A stretch of DNA of 14,962 nucleotides from a bacterium (lineage in GTDB: Bacteria; UBA8248): contig CBDBZY010000069.1 in the NCBI GenBank assembly GCA_965213685.1, forward strand, positions 1 through 14,962, written 5' to 3'. This document shows, piece by piece, positions 8,466 to 14,962 of the stretch. The notes beneath the pieces were generated by a model, which saw only the letters and a list, made by a program, of their open reading frames with translations, was not told the origin of the DNA and did not search any database. Both the position numbers and the translations under genes were made by a program. Every line of letters begins with the position of its first letter. Positions within the stretch are counted from its first letter, which is position 1.

Positions 8466-8494
8466 TTGACATCGAGACCAAGAACAGATATGTA
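8466..8494 (+). promoter_or_regulatory. Putative sigma70 promoter of the polyamine operon
   Basis: Perfect TTGACA (8466-8471), 17-nt spacer, weak -10 TATGTA (8489-8494), inside an AT-rich patch of a divergent intergenic region. Confidence 0.5.
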
Positions 8495-8509
8495 TTTCCC
8501 CCCTTTGTT

Positions 8510-8548
8510 GTTTAGAAAAACGTTTTTTTGAATGATGCTTTACTAAAC
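8510..8548. promoter_or_regulatory. Candidate operator: imperfect inverted repeat GTTTAGAAAAAC-N15-GCTTTACTAAAC
   Basis: Arms 8510-8521 and 8537-8548 match 10/12 as reverse complements. Perfect palindrome AAAAACGTTTTT at 8516-8527. Lies just downstream of the putative promoter. Confidence 0.5.
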
Positions 8549-8653
8549 GTCCCGTCCGGGCGGAGCGGGCCCCGTCTTCCGGGGGGAGAGTGCCCTGTGA
8601 CTCTCTCGCGCCCGGGCGGCGGGGAACGGATGGAACCGGATGGCGGATGGGCG

Positions 8654-9262
8654 ATGCGAGCGGCGAGCGAGGCGGAAAAAGGGAAGCCGGCCGGTGCCCG
8701 GGGAAGCCGGCACGTGGAGCGTCTGTTGCGCGTCGGTGCGCGCATCCGGGGTTTGCGCCGCTCCCGCGGCCTGACGCAGGAGGAGCTGGCCCATCGCTCG
8801 AACCTCACCAAAGGGTTCATCTCCCAGCTGGAGCGCGACCTGACGTCGCCATCGCTCGAGAGTCTGCTGGAAATTCTGGAGGCACTCGACACCGACATCG
8901 TCCGGTTCTTTCAGGGTCGGGAGGAGGGGCGCATCGTGTTCGGCACAGCGGATTGCCGCGACGCGAAGACGTACCCCGAGGTGCGGGCCTTTCGGCTGAT
9001 GGTGCCGGGGGCGGCGAGCCGCGGCATGGAGCCCGCGCTCGTGACCATCGAGTCCGGCGAGTCGATCCAGGAGGAGGCCCACGCGGGCGAGGAGTTCGGC
9101 TACGTCCTGAGCGGCGAGGTTCAGGTGAGATACGGGGAGAGGCGCATGACGGCGAAGAGCGGCGAGTGGTTTTATTTCGCGTCCGACCGGACCCATCAGG
9201 TGGCGAACCCCGCGCGGGTGCGGGCGCGGCTCCTGTGGGTGTCCACGCCCCCCAGCTTTTAG
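8654..9262 (+). CDS. XRE-family HTH + cupin transcriptional regulator (PuuR/PotR-like); start uncertain (8630, 8654 or later)
   Basis: HTH RGLTQEELAHRSNLTKGFISQLERDLTSPSL, cupin HAGEEFGYVLSG...HQVAN, C-terminal LWVSTPPSF. Confidence 0.9.
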   Translation: MRAASEAEKGKPAGARGSRHVERLLRVGARIRGLRRSRGLTQEELAHRSNLTKGFISQLERDLTSPSLESLLEILEALDTDIVRFFQGREEGRIVFGTADCRDAKTYPEVRAFRLMVPGAASRGMEPALVTIESGESIQEEAHAGEEFGYVLSGEVQVRYGERRMTAKSGEWFYFASDRTHQVANPARVRARLLWVSTPPSF

Positions 9263-9334
9263 TCCCCGGAAGAGGATGGAGGGATGGGTGGGGTGGATGG
9301 TGCCTCGCTCGCCCGGGACGGGAGGAAACGAGAG

Positions 9335-9727
9335 GTGACTTCCCTGGGCCGCCATACCCTGGCGGAGCTGCATGATTGCGGGTCGGACGCGCTGAACGAT
9401 CCGGTGCGGGTCGAGCGGCTGATGAACGAGGCCGCGCGCCTGAGTGGTGCCACCGTCGTGCAGAGCGCGTTTCACGCCTTCAGCCCGCATGGGGTGAGCG
9501 GGGTGGTCGTCGTGGAGGAGAGCCACCTCGCGGTGCACACGTGGCCGGAGCACCGCTACGCCGCGGTGGATTATTTCTCTTGCGGGGAGATCGATTGCGG
9601 GGCTGCGCTGCGGCATCTCGAAGCCGGTTTTCGCGCGGAACACGTAGAGGTGCGGGAGATAGCGCGCGGCGTCATTCCCAGCCGCGACGCGTCCTTGCAT
9701 TCGTCCTTTGTGCCGGGCGAAGGATAG
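9335..9727 (+). CDS. speD: S-adenosylmethionine decarboxylase proenzyme, class 1B
   Basis: GTG 9335 after GGAGG (9321-9325). LGRH..AEL, FSPHGVSGVVVVEESHLAVHTWPE (E-S self-cleavage site), DYFSCG; 130 aa. Confidence 0.93.
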   Translation: MTSLGRHTLAELHDCGSDALNDPVRVERLMNEAARLSGATVVQSAFHAFSPHGVSGVVVVEESHLAVHTWPEHRYAAVDYFSCGEIDCGAALRHLEAGFRAEHVEVREIARGVIPSRDASLHSSFVPGEG

Positions 9728-9773
9728 GAGCTTCCCCCTCTCTCTTTTTTCCGGTGAAGGAGGCGCGGGAGCG

Positions 9774-10241
9774 ATGCTCATCCCCACGCCCGCGAAGTAT
9801 TTCCTGGTCCATGGATGCGCGGAGGGCCCGAGCCTGCTGAACGCCTTCGACGCCGCATTGATGAACGCGGGCGTGGGCAACACGAACCTGGTGCGCCTGA
9901 GCAGCATACTGCCGCCGGGTTGCGAGGAGGTCGCGCCGCTGCGTCTGCCCCAGGGTGCGCTGGTGCCCACCGCCTACGCCTCGGTGACCTCCGATACGCC
10001 GGGCCAGACGATCACGGCGGCGGTGGCGGTCGCCTTGCCGGAGGATGCGGCGCACTGCGGCCTCATCATGGAATATCACGATCGCGCCCCGCGCGAGACG
10101 GTGGAGGGGAGGGCCCGGCAAATGGCGGAGGATGGCATGGCGTTTCGCGGCAAGCGGGTGCGGGAAGTCCGGAGCGTCGCGGCGGAGCACGTCGTCCGGA
10201 GAACGGGAGCCGCTTTCGCGGGCGTGATCCTGTGGAGCTGA
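9774..10241 (+). CDS. pdaD: Pyruvoyl-dependent arginine decarboxylase
   Basis: LNAFDAALMNAGVGNTNLVRLSSILPP (S-S cleavage site), GLIMEY. AAGGAGG RBS at 9757-9763; 155 aa. Confidence 0.92.
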   Translation: MLIPTPAKYFLVHGCAEGPSLLNAFDAALMNAGVGNTNLVRLSSILPPGCEEVAPLRLPQGALVPTAYASVTSDTPGQTITAAVAVALPEDAAHCGLIMEYHDRAPRETVEGRARQMAEDGMAFRGKRVREVRSVAAEHVVRRTGAAFAGVILWS

Positions 10242-10255
10242 CAAAGGCGCCGTTC

Positions 10256-11113
10256 ATGCCCCCTGGCCCCGTCCAGGGGGGGAGCTTCTGGCTCACCGAA
10301 TACCACGGCTCGGGCACCGCCATCGCCATGAAGGTGCGGCGCGTCCTCTTTTCCGCAAAAAGCGCGTTTCAGGAGATCGCCCTGGTGGAGACGGAGGATT
10401 TCGGGCGCGCACTCCTCCTCGACGGCGTGATCCAGACCACCGAGCAGGATGAGTTCGTCTATCACGAGATGCTGGTGCACGTGCCCATGTGCGCGCACCC
10501 GGAGCCCAAGAACGTTCTCGTCATCGGCGGCGGCGACGGGGGCTGCGTGCGCGAGGCGCTGCGACACAGGACGGTCGAGCGGGTGACGCTCGTCGAGATT
10601 GACGCCATGGTGGTGGATTGCTGCCGCGAGTTCCTGCCGGAGATCTCGGGAGGCCTCGACGACCCCCGGGTCGAGATACGGATCGAGGACGGCGTGAAGT
10701 TCGTCGAGCGTCATCAGGGAGCGTTCGACGTCATCATCGTGGATTCCACGGACCCCGTCGCCATGGCGGGCCCGCTGACGGGGGAGTCTTTCTTTCGGTC
10801 GGCGAAGCGCGCCCTGGCCCCGCGCGGCCTGTACGCCGCGCAAACCCAGGGCCCGATATTCGAGGGACGCCGGATGCGGAGCATCTGCAAGAGGGTGCGC
10901 AGGGTGTTCCCGGCGGCTTCGTTCTACCTCGCCAACGTGCCCACCTATCCCGGGGGGATATGGTCGTTCGCGCTGGCGCCCAAATCCGGGAAAGCGCAAG
11001 CCTGCGTCCGGCCCCGGGCGCTCGACCCCGATGAGAAGACCCACTATTACTCTCCCGCCATCCACCGGGCCGCATTCGCGCACCCGCCCTACGTCGCGGA
11101 GATACTCCGCTGA
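10256..11113 (+). CDS. speE: Polyamine aminopropyltransferase (spermidine synthase family); alternative start GTG 10232
   Basis: LLLDGVIQTTEQDEFVYHEM, VLVIGGGDGG, VEID, DG, DVIIVDSTDP, PTYPGGIWSF, YYSPAIHRAAF. Confidence 0.95.
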   Translation: MPPGPVQGGSFWLTEYHGSGTAIAMKVRRVLFSAKSAFQEIALVETEDFGRALLLDGVIQTTEQDEFVYHEMLVHVPMCAHPEPKNVLVIGGGDGGCVREALRHRTVERVTLVEIDAMVVDCCREFLPEISGGLDDPRVEIRIEDGVKFVERHQGAFDVIIVDSTDPVAMAGPLTGESFFRSAKRALAPRGLYAAQTQGPIFEGRRMRSICKRVRRVFPAASFYLANVPTYPGGIWSFALAPKSGKAQACVRPRALDPDEKTHYYSPAIHRAAFAHPPYVAEILR

Positions 11114-11970
11114 TGGCCCCCGCCGCCCCGGCCCGCTTCCTGGGCGCCGGGGGAGGGTTCGAGGCCGCGCGCGTCGTTCTCCTGGGATGTCCTTTTGACG
11201 GGACGGCGAGTTTTCGCAAGGGCGCGCGCTTTGGCCCCGAGGCCATACGGAGCGCGTCCGACGGGCTGGAGACCTACAGCCCGCGTCTGGACAGGGATTT
11301 GAGCGACCTGGCGCTGTGCGATCTGGGCGACCTCGCGTTCCCCTCCCATGAGACGGAAGCCGTGCTGGCGGCCATCGGCGACTGCGCGGAGGGGATATTC
11401 CGCGCCGGCAAGCGTCCGCTCGCCCTGGGCGGGGAGCATTTGGTGAGCCTGCCCCTGGTGCGGGCCGCACTGGGCGCCTTCGCGGACCTCGTCATCTTCC
11501 AGTGGGACGCGCACGCGGATTTGCGGGAGGCGTATCGGGGGGAGTGCCTCTCCCACGCCTGCGTCATGCGGCGCGTCGCCGAGATGGACTGCGCCGGGCG
11601 GATGCGCCAGTTCGGGGTCCGCTCCGGCACCCGGGAGGAGTTCGGGTGGATGCGCGCGCACCGCACGATGCGCCCCCTCACCCGGCGGGGCGTGGAATCG
11701 ACCCTGAAGGAGGTGGGCGAGCGGCCGGTATACCTCACGCTCGACGTGGACGTCCTGAACCCGGGCGAGATGCCCGGCACCGGAACGCCGGAGCCCGGCG
11801 GCGTCGGCTTCGAGGCGTTGAGCGATTGCGTCTCCGTCCTGGGTGCCTCGGGCGTCCGCCTCATCGGCGCCGACCTCGTGGAGCTGGCGCCCGGGTGGGA
11901 CGCCACCGGCGTCAGCGCGGTCGCCGCCGCCAAGCTGGCGCGCGAGCTGGTGCTGGTTCTGGGCGCGTGA
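11113..11970 (+). CDS. speB: Agmatinase-family ureohydrolase
   Basis: PFDGTASFRKGARFGP, GGEH, DAHAD, SHA, DVD, PGTGTPEPGG, DLVELAP. TGATG stop/start overlap with speE. Confidence 0.95.
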   Translation: MAPAAPARFLGAGGGFEAARVVLLGCPFDGTASFRKGARFGPEAIRSASDGLETYSPRLDRDLSDLALCDLGDLAFPSHETEAVLAAIGDCAEGIFRAGKRPLALGGEHLVSLPLVRAALGAFADLVIFQWDAHADLREAYRGECLSHACVMRRVAEMDCAGRMRQFGVRSGTREEFGWMRAHRTMRPLTRRGVESTLKEVGERPVYLTLDVDVLNPGEMPGTGTPEPGGVGFEALSDCVSVLGASGVRLIGADLVELAPGWDATGVSAVAAAKLARELVLVLGA

Positions 11971-12040
11971 GGCCGCATCCTGCGTGCAGCCCGCCGGCGG
12001 GATGAAAACGTTCCGGGGCAGGGGGGGCATCCCTCTTGGT

Positions 12041-12067
12041 GCCGGCCGCTTGGAGCGGCTTTCCGGC
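12041..12067 (+). terminator. Possible terminator/stabilising hairpin after speB
   Basis: GCCGCT-TGG-AGCGGC hairpin (12045-12059) followed by only TTT; the U-tract is weak. Confidence 0.25.
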
Positions 12068-12102
12068 GGTGGGCGATGATGATTGCATGGTGGGGCGAAA
12101 TG

Positions 12103-12164
12103 TTTGTATAGTATTCTCATCTTGATGGCGCGCTGTTTTGTATACAATATACTTTCTGATGGCG
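12103..12164. promoter_or_regulatory. Duplicated operator/promoter region upstream of citrate synthase containing palindrome TTGTATACAA
   Basis: Perfect palindrome 12138-12147 and degenerate copy TTGTATAGTA 12104-12113. -10-like TACAAT (12143) and TATACT (12148) overlap or abut it. AT-rich patch. Confidence 0.6.
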
Positions 12165-12258
12165 GCTTCGCATCCGGAACCCGCTGCCGGCGAAACCCAT
12201 CGGGGAAGCGCATTTCGTTCTGGACTTTTCACTCACCACCTCGTGCATGGAGACGCCC

Positions 12259-13427
12259 ATGGCTGAAGAGAAACCCCGCCAATTTGTCGGAAGCGTGGAA
12301 TTCAAGAAGGGCCTCGAGGGGGCCATCACGAACGAGAGCGCCATCAGCTACGTGGATGGGGCGAACGGCAAGCTGATCTATCGCGGATACAGCATCGACG
12401 ACCTCTGCACCGGGGGCGGGGGATATGAGGAGACGGCCTATTTGCTCCTCTACGGGAAGCTGCCCGCACGGGCCGAGCTCGACGCCTTCGAGGCGGAGTT
12501 GGCCTCCCGCCGGGGCGTGCCCGGGGAGGTGAAGGACCTGATCGTGCAAATCGCCTCCCGGTGTCATCCCATGAGCACGCTGCGCACCGCCGTCTCCATG
12601 CTGGGCTGCCTCCATCCCAGGGAGTTCGAGGTGACGGTGGAGAACAACTTCGACATCGCCCTCACGCTGACGGCGCAGTTTCCCACCCTCGTGGCGGCCA
12701 TCCAGCGGGCGAGGAGGGGCGACCCCATCCTAGAGCCTGACCCCTCGAAGGGATTGTCCGAGGATTTTCTGCGGATGATGACGGGCGAGGCGCCCGACGC
12801 GCGCACGGCGGAGGTGATGGGACGTCGCGCTCATCATCCATGCGGAGCACGGCATGAACGCCTCCACCTTCTCCTCCATGGTGACGAACAGCTCCCTGAC
12901 GGATTTCTACAGCTCCATCGTCGCGGGCATCGGCTCCCTCAAGGGGCCGCTGCACGGCGGGGCGAACGAGGCCACCCTGCGCACGTTCACGGAAATCGCA
13001 GACCCCGCCACGACGGAGGAGTGGTTCCGCGCGGCGAAGGAGAAGAAGGTGAAGGTGATGGGCTTTGGCCACCGCGTGTATAAGGCCTACGACCCGAGGG
13101 CGCGGCTGTTCGACCCCATCGCCCGGGAGTTTTCCGGGCGCGCCGGCACGGGCCATCTCTACGAGATAGCGAAAAAGCTCGAGGCCCCTGGTGGTGGCGG
13201 ACTTGGGCGGCAAGGGCATCTTCCCCAACGTCGATTTCTTCTCCGGCATCATCTACAACGCGATGGGAATCGACACCGACATGTTCACGCCCATCTTCGC
13301 CGTGCCGCGCATCGCGGGGTGGTCGGCGCGCATTCTGGAGTATCTGCCGGACAACCGGCTCTTCCGGCCCCGCGCGGTCTACATCGGCGATCTGGAGTCG
13401 CAATACGCGCCGATAGACGAGCGCTAG
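12259..13427 (+). CDS. gltA: Type I (short) citrate synthase / 2-methylcitrate synthase family; two apparent frameshifts
   Basis: KGLEG, LIYRGY, HPMSTLRT, HAEHGMNASTF, GPLHGGAN, MGFGHRVY, FPNVDF, RPRAVY spread over three frames. Deleting one G (12819-12821) and one C (13185-13188) gives a 388-aa ORF. GGAG RBS at 12249-12252. Confidence 0.9.
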
Positions 13428-14608
13428 GGAGTCGCGCGGCGCGCGGCGAAGTCGCGCCGGACGCGCGCCATGTTCTCCGGCGCGGCCATCAGGTCTATCG
13501 CCGTCATGGCCATCACCTGCGCCCCGCGCCCGATGAGCGCCTTGCCCGCCTCTCCTCCCGAGGCCGCCGCGAATTCCGGCGTGTGGGCGACGGTGCCCGC
13601 ATCCACCATTTTCAGGCGCGGGTGAATCGCCGGCATCTTCCAGCTCAGGTTTCCGAAGTCGGTGCTTCCGCTCGGTCGCCCGTCCGGCGGGCTGGGCTCC
13701 ACTCCGAGGGCGCGCAGGTTTCTCTCGTATATCGCGTCGAACGCCTTGTTGGGCTTGAGGGGTTCATAGGCGAGAGGGTCCGCCTCGACCTCGGCGCGGC
13801 AGCCGTGCGCCGCCGCGGCCCCCTCCGCGCAGGCGATGACGCGGCGGACGAGCTCCGGAAGAGTCGCCTTGTGCAGGGAGCGCACCGAGTACAGCATCCG
13901 GGCGTGCTCCGGAATGATGTTGACGGCGTCTCCCCCCTTGAGGATCATGGCGTGGACCCGCGCGTCCTCGGGCATCTGTTGTCTGAGCAGGCCGACGTTC
14001 TGGTAGGTCGTGACGAGTGCGTCCAGCGCGTTCACTCCCCGCTCGGGGGCCGCCGCCGCGTGCGCCGGTTTTCCGTAGAAGTCCATCCATATCTTCACCC
14101 TTCCGAGGGATGGCCGGTATATCTCGTCCTTTTGCCCGGGATGGATCATCATGGCGGCGTCCACGTCGTCGAACGCGCCCGCGCCGATCATCCGGATTTT
14201 TCCGGCCCCGCCCTCCTCGGCGGGCGTGCCCACGCTGATGATCGCCCCCGGCAGCGCGTCGGCCAGGGCGCCCACGGCCGCCGCCGCGCCCACGCCCATG
14301 GCGGCGATGACGTTGTGCCCGCAGGCGTGGCCGAGGCCGGGGAGGGCGTCGTATTCGCTGATGACGGCGATTTGCGGACCCGCAGCGCCTCCCTTGCGCC
14401 GCGCCTTGAAGGCGGTGGGCAGACGACCCGCGCCGCGCTCCACCTCGAAGCCGCGCGCCTCGAGAAAGTCGGCCAGCCAGCCGGCGGCCTTCGCCTCCTC
14501 GTATGCGACCTCCGGATGGGCGAAAATCCTGTCCGCAAGCGCGCGCAACTCAGGCAGGAGGGATTCGACGATCCCGGGTATCCGGTTTTTCAGTGTCTGG
14601 GCGTCCAT
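13424..14608 (-). CDS. M20 family metallo-amidohydrolase (ACY1L2/PM20D2-like)
   Basis: HPEVAYEE, EYDALPGLGHACGHN, GTPAEEGGAGK, MMIHP, GKPAHAA, GSTDFGNLS, HT. Stop overlaps the citrate synthase stop in CTAG 13424-13427. Confidence 0.93.
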   Translation of the reverse strand: MDAQTLKNRIPGIVESLLPELRALADRIFAHPEVAYEEAKAAGWLADFLEARGFEVERGAGRLPTAFKARRKGGAAGPQIAVISEYDALPGLGHACGHNVIAAMGVGAAAAVGALADALPGAIISVGTPAEEGGAGKIRMIGAGAFDDVDAAMMIHPGQKDEIYRPSLGRVKIWMDFYGKPAHAAAAPERGVNALDALVTTYQNVGLLRQQMPEDARVHAMILKGGDAVNIIPEHARMLYSVRSLHKATLPELVRRVIACAEGAAAAHGCRAEVEADPLAYEPLKPNKAFDAIYERNLRALGVEPSPPDGRPSGSTDFGNLSWKMPAIHPRLKMVDAGTVAHTPEFAAASGGEAGKALIGRGAQVMAMTAIDLMAAPENMARVRRDFAARRATP

Positions 14609-14737
14609 CTCGACTCTTCATGATGCGCGACGCGGGCGGAAAATCCGTTGCGCCACCGCCCTCTCGGGCTTTCATCGAAACGAGGGCGGGGATTCCGCGC
14701 ATCCTCTTTTTTCCCGTTCGGGAGAAGCGGCGCCGCC

Positions 14738-14962
14738 CTAGTCGTCTCCCTCGGCGTATTCCTCGAAGGTGTAGAACAGCCCGTCCAGCACGCGCGCCGC
14801 CTGCTCGTCGAGGCCCGGCCTGTCGAGGGGCAGGTCGATGGCGTATCGGAACGCGCCGTCGTGGTAGTGCGATACCTTGTGCTCCTCCTCCTCCCCCGCC
14901 TCCTCCATGCCGTCATACACAAAATCGTCAATGGGATCCTTGCTGTCCAGAATGGCGTGTTC
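14738..14962 (-). CDS. Hypothetical acidic protein, C-terminal part (5'-truncated by the window)
   Basis: Open frame from the window edge: EHAILDSKDPIDDFVYDGMEEAGEEEEHKVSHYHDGAFRYAIDLPLDRPGLDEQAARVLDGLFYTFEEYAEGDD*, with mostly G/C-ending codons. Confidence 0.7.
   Translation of the reverse strand, partial: EHAILDSKDPIDDFVYDGMEEAGEEEEHKVSHYHDGAFRYAIDLPLDRPGLDEQAARVLDGLFYTFEEYAEGDD

Noticed and set aside
9335-9727. SpeD homologue as a neofunctionalised arginine/ornithine decarboxylase
   Set aside because: Such homologues exist, but a separate pdaD and a speE needing dcSAM are in the same operon, so AdoMetDC is the simpler call.
9815-10231. N-terminal extension of speE (possible fusion)
   Set aside because: Alternative-frame reading of pdaD with R/G/A-rich, non-protein-like composition.
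2149-11978. Numerous long antisense or alternative-frame ORFs (e.g. 2734-3645, 4650-5327, 6557-8053, 8543-9970, 10076-11470)
   Set aside because: Shadow ORFs expected in high-GC DNA; they overlap well-supported genes and have no motifs.
12854-14623. 589-aa ORF beginning with citrate synthase motifs
   Set aside because: Only the first ~110 aa are citrate synthase; the rest is off-frame and antisense to the M20 gene.
14660-14690. CGAAAC-containing stem resembling a hammerhead ribozyme core
   Set aside because: No CUGANGA element in the required position on either strand.

Overview
High-GC bacterial chromosomal window with housekeeping and metabolic genes. I found no mobile element, CRISPR array, tRNA or rRNA. 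In order: the 3' part of an MFS transporter, a long-form MEMO1/AmmeMemoRadiSam-B gene, an ornithine cyclodeaminase/mu-crystallin family gene, a convergent beta-hydroxyacid dehydrogenase, rpmG-rpmB, and a lower-GC GT2 glycosyltransferase. Next is a minus-strand trio: glutaredoxin, an AbfD/HpaB-family flavoprotein lacking both known catalytic residue sets, and a tandem EthD/DUF4286-like barrel protein. A divergent polyamine operon follows (XRE-cupin regulator, speD, pyruvoyl arginine decarboxylase, speE, speB). The window ends with a type I citrate synthase behind a duplicated TTGTATACAA-type operator, a convergent M20 amidohydrolase and the 3' end of an acidic hypothetical gene. Five apparent frameshifts can each be repaired by one base in a homopolymer run, most simply long-read assembly errors. 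The best candidates for something new are the Cys-less AbfD-like trio and the regulator-fronted, PLP-independent polyamine operon. Family assignments come from motifs recognised by eye; no searches were run.
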